From: Candidatus Kapaibacterium sp.
GTDB lineage: Bacteria > Bacteroidota > Ignavibacteria > Kapaibacteriales > Kapaibacteriaceae
Assembly (NCBI GenBank): GCA_044345485.1
Contig: JBIJAX010000003.1
Location: forward strand, 2,426-66,425
Length of the DNA stretch: 64,000 bases
Reading direction: 5' to 3'
This document shows, piece by piece, positions 32,065 to 42,284 of the stretch (positions within the stretch are counted from its first letter, which is position 1; every line of letters starts with the position of its first letter). Made by a program: the position numbers and the translations under genes. A model generated the notes under the pieces. It worked only from the letters and a program-made list of their open reading frames with translations. It was not told where the DNA came from and made no database searches.

Positions 32065-35000
32065 ATGAATCTACGCGCAATGATATGCGCTATAGCCCTG
32101 TGCTATGGTGCGGTGCCGAGTTTTGCTCAACAGCCATTTACCAGCGGAATGCTGGGGTCCATACGGCCGCGTTCTATCGGGCCAGCAACAATGAGCGGAC
32201 GGGTAAGTGATATCGCTGTTGTTGACAACGATCCCAAGATCATGTACGTTGGTGCTGCCGGCGGTGGCATATGGAAGTCAATCAACGGTGGCGTAAGCTT
32301 TACGTCGATCTTCGACGACTATCCTCAGTCCATCGGCGCCTTGTGCATTGATCAAAAGCGTCCAGATACGATGTGGGTAGGTACCGGTGAGTCATGGACG
32401 CGCAACAGTGTGTCGTACGGTAAGGGGCTCTACAGGACTACTGATGCTGGGAGCACCTGGACGTTAGCAGGGCTGGATTCTACCGAGCGCATCTCGATGG
32501 TGGCGATTCATCCAAAGGATCCATCTACCGTGTTTGTCGCAGCCCCAGGCCCGCTGTTTCATGATAGTCCGCATAGAGGGCTCTATCGCACTACCGACTT
32601 TGGAAAGACATGGACGAATGTACTTCCAGGTGACGCTCGAACGGGATGCACAGACGTGTTGATCCATCCGAAGAATCCGAAGGTGATGCTGGCCTCGATG
32701 TGGACGTTTCGCCGAACGCCGTATTCTTTTTCGTCTGGCGGTCCAGCGGGCGGTATCTATCGCAGCACCGATGGCGGAACAACGTGGGGTAAGGTCACAT
32801 CTGGATTGCCTCAGGGAGATATCGGACGTGTTGCACTGGCGAGATCACCGAAGAACCCTGAACTGATCTTTGCCAGTGTTGAGGCGAAAGAGTCGGGCAT
32901 GTATGTAAGCACCGACGGCGGCAAGACGTGGACTCGGAGATACACAGGTTCTGCCGTTGACATCCGTCCGTTCTACTTCTCCCGCATCGTATGCGACCCC
33001 AACAATGACAGCGTGTTCTACAAGTGCGGCATCCAACTATTCCGCAGCGACGATCAGGCTGGGTCATTTAGCCAGACAGCAACCAGCGCTCATAGCGACC
33101 ATCATGCCATATGGGTTGACCCGAAAAATTCCGATCACATCATCCTCGGAACAGACGGCGGCGTCTATGAGTCGTTCAACAAGGGCAAGTCTGTGCGGTT
33201 CTTTGGCAACCTGCCCCTTGGTCAATTCTATCATGTCGCAACCGATAGCCGCACACCATTCAACGTTTACGGTGGCCTCCAAGACAATGGCTCATGGATG
33301 GGGCCGTCGTCGAAGCCTGGAGGTATCGCAAACGGTGATTGGAAGTTCGTTGGGGGCGGCGATGGGTTTTACGTTGTCCCTGACAGGGGAAATCCAGATA
33401 TCGTTACGTGGGAGTCCCAAGGCGGCAACATCGTACGCAACAATCTTGCAACGGGAGAGGATAAAACAATCGCCCCGAAGCCTGATGACGGGTCGCTCAA
33501 GCTGAGGTATAATTGGAATGCCCCAATTGTGAGGGGCAACAGACCAGGAGTGCTGTTTGTAGCATCACAATACGTATACAAGAGCACAAACGCTGGTGAG
33601 GATTGGAAGAGAATATCACCTGACATCACGACAAATGATCCTACAAAATTGGGTCAAGACGAAAATGGCGGCCTAACGCTCGACAACTCATCAGCTGAAA
33701 ATCATTGCACAGTGTTCACGATTGCCGAGTCACCGCTCGACTCGATGGTGATCTGGGCAGGTACAGACGATGGGAATCTTCAGGTAACGCGTGACGGTGG
33801 CACAACGTGGACGAACGTTGCAGTAAATCTCCGTGATGTCCCGAAAGGTGCTTGGGTAACAAGTGTGGAGCCATCGGTCCACCAGGCAGGGGTGTGCTTT
33901 GCAACGCTCGATCATCACATGTATGGAGACATGAAACCCTACATCGTGAGGACAACAGACTTTGGGGCAACATGGACCAGTCTTGCGACGCTGGAGATCA
34001 CCGGATATGCTCATGTTGTGCGTCAGGATCACGCAAACCCCAACCTGCTGTTTGCCGGCACTGAGGATGGGCTGTTTATCAGTTTCTCGGCTGGATCTTC
34101 ATGGCTTCATGTTTTGAACAACTTCCCACCGGTAGCCGTTCGGGACCTCGAACTGCAAGACAAGGACAATGCGCTTGCGATCGCAACTCATGGACGCAGT
34201 TTGTATATCCTTGATAACATCGATGTACTTCGGGGAATCAGCATCTCGAATGAACAGCCCCCTGTAACCGTGATCCCGCCCAAGCCTTCGGTACGGCGCT
34301 ACCCAGCGTCGGGCAGCACGTGGTTTGGTGGTGATGCCGATTACGTCGGTCAGTCCAAGACCCAATCAACACAGCTCTGGTACATCCTGCGTGATAAGCA
34401 CGTGAAGGGGGCATTTGTTATTCGGCTAAAGGACTCAGCCGGATCGGTGATTCGCACATTTCCCGCATCGGGCCGAAAGGGTGTGACTACCGTCGAGGTC
34501 CCACTTTCGTTTCAAGCTCCGTTATCACCAAAGTCGCAAGTAGGCGGCGCCTTCGGCACGTTTTCGGGTCCGCTACTCCCAAGCGGTACCTATTCAATAG
34601 AACTCGACAAGGCCGGTCAGATCTTTTCAACGACAATACAGGTTGTACCCGACACAACTCTTGGCCATTCAGCGTTAGATACTCGCCAGCAGTACGAACT
34701 GATTCAGAACATGTATGCTGTCTACGAGGACTTGGCTGTTACCACTGAAAGACTGCAAACAGTTATCCAGTCTATTGAGAGCGTTGAGGCTGCAACTCGT
34801 GATACAACCCTCCTTGCAGCTCTTGTATCTCTGAACAAGTCCCTTGTGAACACGAAGCAGGGTGCGATTACCGGTGAAGAGCAGTTGCGTGAGAAACTTG
34901 CATCGCTCTATGGCGAAGTCAACGGATACCTTGGAAGACCAGGGCGGATGGAACATCTTCTCTTTGAGCAGCTTCGTGGACGCATTAATGATGCCCGCGA

Positions 35001-35085
35001 GGTATGTGAGAAGTTGGTTGCAGGTCGCGTAAGCGAGACACGAGAGCAGACATATGCGCGTTTAAAGGGGCAGGCAAAGAAGTAG
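32065..35085 (+). CDS. BNR/Asp-box repeat, sortilin (VPS10)-like secreted protein
   Basis: Signal peptide and at least six SxDxGxTW Asp-boxes (TTDAGSTWT, TTDFGKTWT, STDGGTTWG, STDGGKTWT, TRDGGTTWT, TTDFGATWT); 1006 aa. Confidence 0.8.
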   Translation: MNLRAMICAIALCYGAVPSFAQQPFTSGMLGSIRPRSIGPATMSGRVSDIAVVDNDPKIMYVGAAGGGIWKSINGGVSFTSIFDDYPQSIGALCIDQKRPDTMWVGTGESWTRNSVSYGKGLYRTTDAGSTWTLAGLDSTERISMVAIHPKDPSTVFVAAPGPLFHDSPHRGLYRTTDFGKTWTNVLPGDARTGCTDVLIHPKNPKVMLASMWTFRRTPYSFSSGGPAGGIYRSTDGGTTWGKVTSGLPQGDIGRVALARSPKNPELIFASVEAKESGMYVSTDGGKTWTRRYTGSAVDIRPFYFSRIVCDPNNDSVFYKCGIQLFRSDDQAGSFSQTATSAHSDHHAIWVDPKNSDHIILGTDGGVYESFNKGKSVRFFGNLPLGQFYHVATDSRTPFNVYGGLQDNGSWMGPSSKPGGIANGDWKFVGGGDGFYVVPDRGNPDIVTWESQGGNIVRNNLATGEDKTIAPKPDDGSLKLRYNWNAPIVRGNRPGVLFVASQYVYKSTNAGEDWKRISPDITTNDPTKLGQDENGGLTLDNSSAENHCTVFTIAESPLDSMVIWAGTDDGNLQVTRDGGTTWTNVAVNLRDVPKGAWVTSVEPSVHQAGVCFATLDHHMYGDMKPYIVRTTDFGATWTSLATLEITGYAHVVRQDHANPNLLFAGTEDGLFISFSAGSSWLHVLNNFPPVAVRDLELQDKDNALAIATHGRSLYILDNIDVLRGISISNEQPPVTVIPPKPSVRRYPASGSTWFGGDADYVGQSKTQSTQLWYILRDKHVKGAFVIRLKDSAGSVIRTFPASGRKGVTTVEVPLSFQAPLSPKSQVGGAFGTFSGPLLPSGTYSIELDKAGQIFSTTIQVVPDTTLGHSALDTRQQYELIQNMYAVYEDLAVTTERLQTVIQSIESVEAATRDTTLLAALVSLNKSLVNTKQGAITGEEQLREKLASLYGEVNGYLGRPGRMEHLLFEQLRGRINDAREVCEKLVAGRVSETREQTYARLKGQAKK

Positions 35086-35151
35086 GCCTCAGACGTAAGA
35101 GAAAGGCGTATTTTCGCAGGCCTGATTCATCAATATGTCGGAACGCTTGGT

Positions 35152-36648
35152 ATGAAACGCCACATCCTGCTCTTTGTTTCACTCGTTGCTGCTGCGGTTC
35201 TCACTCAGGGCTTTCAATGCTCATCATCTCAGATGACGATAGCAAAGAAGGCAATGCAGACAAGGGACTACGTTAAGGCGAAGACAGCGCTGCGCGCCGC
35301 TTTGGCGGAGGCACCCTCGGCATGCGATGCGTACGCTATGCTCGGCGATGCGCATGATTCGTTGAATGAGCAGGACTCTGTGCTCATAGCATATAGGTCT
35401 GCACTTTCCTGCAATACGTTGAACCCTCGCCTCCGTGATGCGATCACCGTATCGCTGTACAACAAGTACGCAGCTGCGTACAACGATGGCATAGCCAAAT
35501 ACAACGATTTTGCTGCATCACAGAATATGGAGTCGTTGAAGAAAGCACGCACGGCGCTTGCTACAGCTGTATCTGTCCGTCCAGAATACACAGATCCGTT
35601 AGTGCTTCTTGGAGAGGTAAATGAGCGCCTTGGGGATACGGCACAGGCTGTTACGACATACAAGCAGTGGTGGAATGCAGAGCGCGGTGGATTTGAGGCC
35701 ATCGCAACGAAGAATATCACCCTCGGCTCTACTCGTGGAAGTTCCATCAAAGTGCTTGGTACGCCCCTTGCCACAAAAATGGATTCTGTTGAAGGTGGTG
35801 TGCTCTATCGTGATGCTTTTACACTGAACGCAAAGCAGATCATTCTGAGCTCGTTCGCAGAAGGAAGCAACGAAGCTGTGCTAGAGGGATGGACATTTGA
35901 TCCACCGGCATCGCTTACAGACGTTGAAAAGTGGCGTGCCCGCATGACCAGTGTTCAGCCGTTGAAGAACCTTGCCTACATCGCATATAATTCTGGTAAG
36001 TACGAAGAGGCACTCCTCTGGGCAAATGCTGTAATGCGCGCTAAGCCTGCTGATCAGGAGCTTTCAGCACTTCGTGCGCAGGCACTACAGCTCTCCGGCA
36101 AATCCGACGAAGCCACAAAAGAACTTCAAGACCAAATCGGTAAAGATCCTTCGAACGTGAATGCTAGGCTGCAATATGCCACCATGCTCTCAAGTGCTGA
36201 GAAGTATGAAGAGGCCATTGCACAGTATCAAGAGATCATCAAGCTCGACGCAAAAAATGAGATTGCACTATTCGATTATGGTGCTGCCTGCAAGAATTTT
36301 GCGAGTCTCAAACAGCGTGCAGAGCTAGAAAAGCAGGAAAAGAATAAAAAGTATGTGGCAGATACCACATACATGCAGTTGTTGTCGGATGCAGCTAAGG
36401 CATTTGAGCAGCTTCGCAGAGTAAGTGCAAAGTATCGGAATGACTACATCGTGATCGCTGAACTTGCCAACGTGTATGAGGTGCGGAAGGACGGCGCTAA
36501 GGTGAAGTCGCTCATTATGGAACTTGAGGCACTCGAGGAAGTTTACAACAAGAACAAAGATTATTATCGGACCATGGAAGGCCTCTATGGTCGCAACAAA
36601 ATGCTTGACAAAATGAAGCAAGCAAACGAGAAAGGATCGAAACTATAA
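35152..36648 (+). CDS. TPR repeat lipoprotein
   Basis: Signal/lipobox-like MKRHILLFVSLVAAAVLTQGFQC, then repeated A/Y/L-rich 34-aa helical repeats. The stop overlaps the next start (TAATG). Confidence 0.6.
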   Translation: MKRHILLFVSLVAAAVLTQGFQCSSSQMTIAKKAMQTRDYVKAKTALRAALAEAPSACDAYAMLGDAHDSLNEQDSVLIAYRSALSCNTLNPRLRDAITVSLYNKYAAAYNDGIAKYNDFAASQNMESLKKARTALATAVSVRPEYTDPLVLLGEVNERLGDTAQAVTTYKQWWNAERGGFEAIATKNITLGSTRGSSIKVLGTPLATKMDSVEGGVLYRDAFTLNAKQIILSSFAEGSNEAVLEGWTFDPPASLTDVEKWRARMTSVQPLKNLAYIAYNSGKYEEALLWANAVMRAKPADQELSALRAQALQLSGKSDEATKELQDQIGKDPSNVNARLQYATMLSSAEKYEEAIAQYQEIIKLDAKNEIALFDYGAACKNFASLKQRAELEKQEKNKKYVADTTYMQLLSDAAKAFEQLRRVSAKYRNDYIVIAELANVYEVRKDGAKVKSLIMELEALEEVYNKNKDYYRTMEGLYGRNKMLDKMKQANEKGSKL

Positions 36649-36956
36649 TGGCAAACGAGCAGAATGAACAACAGCAAATGACGATCGAGCTGGGCGAGAA
36701 GGAAGCCGAAGGTATTTATTCTAACCTGGCGATCATTTCTCACTCCCCAGCTGAATTCGTTGTTGATTTTACCCGAATCCTTCCTGGTGTGCCAAAGGCC
36801 CGTGTGCATGCACGCATCGTGATGACACCCCAGCACGCTAAACTTCTGCTGCATGCCCTTGCTGATAACATCGGTAAATATGAAAATCAGTATGGTGAGA
36901 TCGTTGTAGACGGCCAAAACAACCCATTTCCGCCTGGTGTAACGAATATCAACTGA
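36648..36956 (+). CDS. DUF3467 domain-containing protein
   Basis: AEGIYSNLAIISHSPAEFVVDFTRILPGVPKARVHARIVMTPQHAKLLLHAL matches the DUF3467 core as I recall it from Bacteroidota. Confidence 0.7.
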   Translation: MANEQNEQQQMTIELGEKEAEGIYSNLAIISHSPAEFVVDFTRILPGVPKARVHARIVMTPQHAKLLLHALADNIGKYENQYGEIVVDGQNNPFPPGVTNIN

Positions 36957-36963
36957 TCCTTTG

Positions 36964-36971
36964 TATATTTG
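36964..36971 (+). promoter_or_regulatory. Bacteroidota-type -7 promoter box (TATATTTG)
   Basis: TAnnTTTG 45 nt upstream of the rpmH ATG. Confidence 0.4.
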
Positions 36972-37015
36972 CCGTTCACATTTAACCCAAAGAACATTAC
37001 AGTTGCGGTGAAGTC

Positions 37016-37162
37016 ATGAAGCGTACCTATCAACCAAGTAAGCGCCGTCGTGTAAATACACACGGATTCCGTGCACGTATGGCCACGAAGAACGGTCGCA
37101 AGGTTCTTGCACGTCGTCGTGCTAAGGGCCGTGCCCGTATCGCCGTGAGCTTTGCTCGCTAA
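37016..37162 (+). CDS. rpmH: 50S ribosomal protein L34
   Basis: Hand translation gives [48 protein letters not shown] (48 aa). It is absent from the ORF track because it is under 60 aa, and it sits directly upstream of rnpA. Confidence 0.95.
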   Translation: MKRTYQPSKRRRVNTHGFRARMATKNGRKVLARRRAKGRARIAVSFAR

Positions 37163-37180
37163 TACAGGGTTCCTTCCGCA

Positions 37181-37546
37181 ATGGTCGTTCGGCCACTGAA
37201 GGGATACCGTTCCTTTGAAGAAGTACTGCGGTCTGGACGTCGTGTGACGTCTGGACCGCTTTTGTTAGCAGTACTGCCCAACCCGACAGACCTCTCGCAG
37301 GCGTATGTTGGGGTGGGCGTGCCAAAGCGCGTTGCACGCAAGGCAGTTGTTCGCAACCGGATAAAAAGGTTGATGCGCGTTGCCATGCGTTCGGCGTATC
37401 AGCGTCATCACGCAGAGCTTGCCGGGAGGCGAATTGTATGTCTGTGGCGCCAAGGGAATGAGCATCCAGCGTCCATTCACTTATCGGCAGTAGAGCATCA
37501 CGTAGAGCAGGGTATGCAGAAACTGACTCGAAAGGGATCTCGGTAA
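37181..37546 (+). CDS. rnpA: ribonuclease P protein component
   Basis: Basic 121-aa protein in conserved rpmH-rnpA-yidD-yidC order; N-terminus [17 protein letters not shown]. Confidence 0.85.
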   Translation: MVVRPLKGYRSFEEVLRSGRRVTSGPLLLAVLPNPTDLSQAYVGVGVPKRVARKAVVRNRIKRLMRVAMRSAYQRHHAELAGRRIVCLWRQGNEHPASIHLSAVEHHVEQGMQKLTRKGSR

Positions 37547-37764
37547 TGTCGTGGATACTCATCAAGATTATCAGGATCTATCAGATTGTAATTTCGCCAC
37601 TGCTGCCGTCGGCGTGCCGATATACACCAACGTGCTCGCACTATGCCATTGATGCACTTCGCATTCACGGGGTTATTCGTGGCTCGTATATGGCTGTACG
37701 AAGGATAGGGCGGTGTCATCCGCTTCATCCAGGAGGGTACGATCCGGTACCACCCAAAGACTAA
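37546..37764 (+). CDS. yidD: membrane protein insertion efficiency factor YidD
   Basis: [27 protein letters not shown] ... [13 protein letters not shown]. The start overlaps the rnpA stop (TAATG). Confidence 0.9.
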   Translation: MSWILIKIIRIYQIVISPLLPSACRYTPTCSHYAIDALRIHGVIRGSYMAVRRIGRCHPLHPGGYDPVPPKD

Positions 37765-37807
37765 CCAACGTTAACAACACCCTCACGTTTTTCACACCAC
37801 GCCCACT

Positions 37808-39658
37808 ATGGATAAACGCTCTCTTCTAGCTGTTGTGATGATCACGATGCTTATGGCATTCTGGATGTTCATGCAGCAGCGTCCAGCAGACCCGCAGGCA
37901 GCTAAGCCTACATCGAGTCAGACAACATCAGCCCCTTCCAAGCTCGCAAATGCTGAGCGCAATGGTCCGCCTGTGCAGTTTATGCCGGCACCGCAGCGCA
38001 ATGTAGTTGTCGTAACGGACCTCTACACCATCCGTTTTACATCAGATGGAGCAATGGTGCGTTCATGGGTACTTAAAAACTATAAGCCATACTACAAGGA
38101 TAGTGTTCCGACCGCCAAGGTAGACCTCATCCAACCTGGTGTGCGCGAATTCGGATTCTCATTCTTAGTTGTACCAGATACGTTAAGCTCTCGGCGTCCA
38201 ATCGATACGTTGCAGTCGCGCGAGATACCATTCACGTTCAATACAGCATCTGATACAATTCGTGTCGGCAAAGGTGCATCGGCTACGTTAACGGCAACGG
38301 CTACAACACCGTTTGGTGGGCAGATCACGCGTACCTACAATTTTGTGGGCGGCGCCTACGACGTAACCTCTCGCATAACAATGAGCGGGATGCAGCGTGT
38401 CTATCACCGTCGCACAACGGCCATGCACGTTGAATGGAAGCACGGTCTGCGATACCAAGAGGGCAGTAGCGTCGATGAATCAAACAACGCTGTTGGCATC
38501 ATTTCTGAAGGGGGCTCCATCACGGAAATTGATGCTTCTGATTTTAATCAGCCATCGGGAGATACATCAAAGTCAGCTATCGATTTCCTTGCAACACGGT
38601 CGAAGTATTTTACCGTTGCAATGCTCCCGCAAAAGGGATTTACAGGGAAAGCTAGTGTTTATGGAACACGTTTTGGCGCACCAAACGAGGGAGTTGTTGA
38701 GAAGTACTCACTCGGCGTGGATGTACCAATGGTCAATGGCGACGTAGACTATACAACACGCCTTTACGTTGGACCGATGCAGTATGACACGCTGGAGCAG
38801 TACGGCCTTACATCCATCATGAATTTTGGTTGGAAGTGGATCGTAAAGCCAATCGGCGAGTACTTTATGTTACCGACGTTCAAATTCATCCACAATGTCA
38901 TCCCGAACTACGGCATTGCCATCATCTTGTTTGCGCTGCTGATGAAGGTATTGCTCTATCCTCTTAGCACGGGTCAAATGGAATCCGCCAGAAAGATGCA
39001 GCTTGTTGCGCCCCTTCTCAATGAAGTTCGCTTGAAGTATCCGGATGATATGCAGAAGCAGCAGCAGGAAACAATGAAGATCTATGGTGAATACGGCATA
39101 AACCCCGCTGGGGGATGCCTGCCGTTGCTGTTGCAGATGCCGTTTCTATATGCCCTGTACGCTGTGCTCAATCTCAACATTGAGCTGCGCCAACAGGGAT
39201 TTCTGCCCGTGTGGCTCACAGATTTGAGTATTCCCGACGTTATCGTAGCTCTGCCATTTAAACTGCCACTGTTTAACATCGATCAGTTCAGCGGCCTGGC
39301 TCTCCTGATGGGTGCAACAATGTTTATCCAGCAGAAGCAGGCAGTTACAGATCCGCGGCAGAAGGCTATGGTATACATGATGCCGGTAATGCTTACGCTG
39401 ATGTTCTCGTCGCTTCCTTCTGGCTTGAATCTGTATTATTTCGTATTCAACGTTGTGGCGATCGGTCAGACAATTTGGCAGAAGAAGTTCTCGAAAAATC
39501 AGCTCACATTGGCAGATCTCAAAAAAATGCCGAAAAAGGAGAGCTGGATGCAGCGAAAAATGCGCGAAGCCCAAGAAATGGCTGCCGCACAGGGGCGTTC
39601 CATTCCAGGTCAGCCCATGCAGCGACCTTCAAAGCAGGGTAAATCAGGCAAGAAGTAG
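37808..39658 (+). CDS. yidC: membrane protein insertase YidC (long Bacteroidota-type periplasmic domain)
   Basis: YGIAIILFALLMKVLLYPLS, GCLPLLLQMPFLYALY, basic C-terminal tail; 616 aa. Confidence 0.9.
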   Translation: MDKRSLLAVVMITMLMAFWMFMQQRPADPQAAKPTSSQTTSAPSKLANAERNGPPVQFMPAPQRNVVVVTDLYTIRFTSDGAMVRSWVLKNYKPYYKDSVPTAKVDLIQPGVREFGFSFLVVPDTLSSRRPIDTLQSREIPFTFNTASDTIRVGKGASATLTATATTPFGGQITRTYNFVGGAYDVTSRITMSGMQRVYHRRTTAMHVEWKHGLRYQEGSSVDESNNAVGIISEGGSITEIDASDFNQPSGDTSKSAIDFLATRSKYFTVAMLPQKGFTGKASVYGTRFGAPNEGVVEKYSLGVDVPMVNGDVDYTTRLYVGPMQYDTLEQYGLTSIMNFGWKWIVKPIGEYFMLPTFKFIHNVIPNYGIAIILFALLMKVLLYPLSTGQMESARKMQLVAPLLNEVRLKYPDDMQKQQQETMKIYGEYGINPAGGCLPLLLQMPFLYALYAVLNLNIELRQQGFLPVWLTDLSIPDVIVALPFKLPLFNIDQFSGLALLMGATMFIQQKQAVTDPRQKAMVYMMPVMLTLMFSSLPSGLNLYYFVFNVVAIGQTIWQKKFSKNQLTLADLKKMPKKESWMQRKMREAQEMAAAQGRSIPGQPMQRPSKQGKSGKK

Positions 39659-39780
39659 AATCACAATGTGGACAGTTTTTTCTGAAAAACTATGCCACAA
39701 AGTCTGCTCTCGTCGTATTTTCTGACCAGTTTTTAACGAGTCTTTTCTACATCAAATTTTCACTACATCAGGAGACGTGT

Positions 39781-42189
39781 ATGAACACACGTGCACTCAT
39801 TCGCTCAGCGGCGTTCAGCCTCTTAGCGGCATTGTGTGTGGTCAGCGCAAGCGCGCAGAACACATACGACCGTTTGTCGATTCTTGAGGAGTTTACAAGC
39901 GCAACCTGTCCTCCGTGCGTGCCTGTAGGGGTAATGCTCAAGGACGTCATCATGCCGAGCAACAATGTTGTTTCGGTCCGCTTCCACATGAACTGGCCAG
40001 CTCCAAACGATCCGTTTAATCTGGACAACCCTACAGATAACGACAGCCGTCGTCAGTACTATGCCGTTTCTGGTATCCCTGATGGTTATTTGAACGGTAA
40101 GAAGGTAGCTCTGAGCGCTGCAGCTACGTTGAATGCAGCAATCAAATCAGATAATGCAAAGAAGAGCCCAATCAAGCTCACTGTATCTGAAGCCAAGACA
40201 ACAGATGGCGGTAACGTAACTGTCAAGATCAATACAAACATTGATCTCAAGACGCACCGTCTTCACGTGGCTGTTGTTTCGTACCATGCAGTTATCGAAG
40301 ATCTTCGACAGACGCTTGCAAACAGCAACGGCGAAACAGAGTTCGATGATGCGATGAACAAGATGCTTCCTAACGCTGGTGGAACATCCCTCTCGATGTC
40401 TGCGAACGAAGAAAAGACGTTCAACTTTACGTACAACAAGAAGACTGGTCTTACATGGCCAGAAGGCATGCAGTACATTGTATGCTACGTTCAGAATACG
40501 TCTACCAAGGAAGTCCTCAATGCAGGAACAAACCTTGTTGTGTTCCAACCTGTTGTTGAAGTTGTAGGTACAAAGTGGGACTACATTGGCCGTTCTGCAT
40601 CGAAGACACAGACGATCAAGGTTACCAATCCAACAACAAGCGAACTTCCGGTAGCATTCACTATTGCAAACGCTGAGGCACTTGCTTCTGCCGGCTGGTC
40701 TGTTTCAATGGACAAGGACGTTATTTCTCTTAAGCCTGGTACATCGACAACTGTTACTGTAACAACAACGAGCGGATCACGCGCGTTCTTCGGTGGCATT
40801 GACTTTGTTGCTACACCACAGAATGTAGCTGGTATTGCTAAGGAAGGCAAAGCACAGTTTGGATACCTCACAGAGGGTGCAAAAATTGTTGTTTGGTCTG
40901 GTATCTCTGAAGGAAACGTTGGCAACTATATCCCTGCTCTTGAAACATCATATGGTCAGGAAGTTGTCTTTGTTCCAGCAGCGGATGAAATTCTTCAGGC
41001 ATTCAATCCAACGTCATTTGATGTGGGTATCTTTTCGCTAAGTATCGATGGACGCTTCGCAATTCCTGGCGTTGCTCAGCTGGCCCAGATGATGTCAAGG
41101 GCAGGCAAGGGTGTATTCGTGAGTGCACCGATGGGTCTTGGTGTTGCAACATTCCCAGACAACCAGTCGTCACCTGGATATCCAGAAGCTAATGCTTGGC
41201 TTACAGGTACACTTGGCCTTAACCTTACAGGTTCAACACAGCGTTTCACAGGCAATACACTTACTCCATTCGCTGTTACTGGTGTAGCTGGTGACGAAGT
41301 TGGTTTGGGTGGAACGTGGAACTGTAACCGCCCTTCAAGCAACTGGCCGTTTTTCTGCCAGATCACCGACATCATGTCGGTTAAAAACGGTTCTAACTCC
41401 ATCGGTTGGGCGTATACAGACAACAACAAGGCAAACCTCGTTGGTATCCGCTGCGCTAATCCTGGTGACGGACGTGTTGTGTATTCTTCGTTCGGTGTAG
41501 AACACAGCAATGATCAGAACGCTCGCAAAAACCTGATGGAGCGCATTATCAAGTATCTGATGCCAGCTGGCGACCGTCCAGAAATCAGCATCAACGTATC
41601 TTCAGTAGACTTCGGTTTTGTCAAGGTTGACGAAAAGCTTGAAAAGTCATTCGTTATCACGAACACTGGTAAGGCAGATCTTGTGATCAGCGAGATCGAC
41701 CTTGCAGGTGCTGATGCAACGGAATTTGATATCACAGATGGTCGTGCAGATGCAAACAACAAGATCACTGTTGCTCCAAATGGCAAGCACACTGTAAAAG
41801 CTCAGTTCTGGCCATCAAAGGAAAAGGCATTTACAGCCACAATCTCTATCAAGAGCAATGCTGGCGACAAGACAATCCAGCTTCGTGGTACGAGCGTTAC
41901 AACAAGCGTGGAAACTGACGTAGTAAGCGAAACAGGTGCAATCGGCATGACACTTGCCGGTTCAAACCCAGTGACGGCTTCTACTGCAATCCGCGTTCGT
42001 GCAAACGACAACGTAACGCTTTCTGTTGTTAATGCTGGTGGTGAAACTGTTGCAACAATCTTCAATGGTGTTGTAAGTGGCACTGAAACAGTGTCACTCG
42101 GTTCGCTGAATGTAGCTGCAGGCACATACAATGTTGTTGCTACAAATGGTAGCGACCGTGCAGTCCTCTCAATCGTTGTTGTTCGCTAA
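39781..42189 (+). CDS. multidomain secreted protein with Omp28/thioredoxin-like CPPC N-domain, choice-of-anchor-D/ASH-like domain and T9SS-type C-terminal sorting domain
   Basis: Signal peptide ending ASAQ; EEFTSATCPPCVP (aa 36-48); VDFGFVKVDEKLEKSFVITNTGKADLVISEIDL. C-terminal 80 aa: SNPVTASTAIRV...VTLSVVNAGGETVATIF...AGTYNVVATNG...IVVVR. AGGAGA Shine-Dalgarno. Confidence 0.65.
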   Translation: MNTRALIRSAAFSLLAALCVVSASAQNTYDRLSILEEFTSATCPPCVPVGVMLKDVIMPSNNVVSVRFHMNWPAPNDPFNLDNPTDNDSRRQYYAVSGIPDGYLNGKKVALSAAATLNAAIKSDNAKKSPIKLTVSEAKTTDGGNVTVKINTNIDLKTHRLHVAVVSYHAVIEDLRQTLANSNGETEFDDAMNKMLPNAGGTSLSMSANEEKTFNFTYNKKTGLTWPEGMQYIVCYVQNTSTKEVLNAGTNLVVFQPVVEVVGTKWDYIGRSASKTQTIKVTNPTTSELPVAFTIANAEALASAGWSVSMDKDVISLKPGTSTTVTVTTTSGSRAFFGGIDFVATPQNVAGIAKEGKAQFGYLTEGAKIVVWSGISEGNVGNYIPALETSYGQEVVFVPAADEILQAFNPTSFDVGIFSLSIDGRFAIPGVAQLAQMMSRAGKGVFVSAPMGLGVATFPDNQSSPGYPEANAWLTGTLGLNLTGSTQRFTGNTLTPFAVTGVAGDEVGLGGTWNCNRPSSNWPFFCQITDIMSVKNGSNSIGWAYTDNNKANLVGIRCANPGDGRVVYSSFGVEHSNDQNARKNLMERIIKYLMPAGDRPEISINVSSVDFGFVKVDEKLEKSFVITNTGKADLVISEIDLAGADATEFDITDGRADANNKITVAPNGKHTVKAQFWPSKEKAFTATISIKSNAGDKTIQLRGTSVTTSVETDVVSETGAIGMTLAGSNPVTASTAIRVRANDNVTLSVVNAGGETVATIFNGVVSGTETVSLGSLNVAAGTYNVVATNGSDRAVLSIVVVR

Positions 42190-42227
42190 GAATTGCAACA
42201 TTGGCGTAGAGATCACGTTTGAAATGA

Positions 42228-42270
42228 AAAGGCGTCTCGGGTATACCCGAGACGCCTTTGTTTTTTTGTG
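42228..42270. terminator. bidirectional Rho-independent terminator
   Basis: 13-bp palindrome GGCGTCTCGGGTA/TACCCGAGACGCC (42231-42256), flanked by an A-run upstream and TTTGTTTTTTTG downstream, between convergent genes. Confidence 0.75.
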
Positions 42271-42284
42271 TAGCTCTTGAAGTA

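Noticed and set aside
39674-39691. AT-only hairpin AGTTTTT-TCTG-AAAAACT after yidC as a terminator
   Set aside because: The stem is 7 bp and almost entirely A-U, and no following T-run is present. This is too weak to call.
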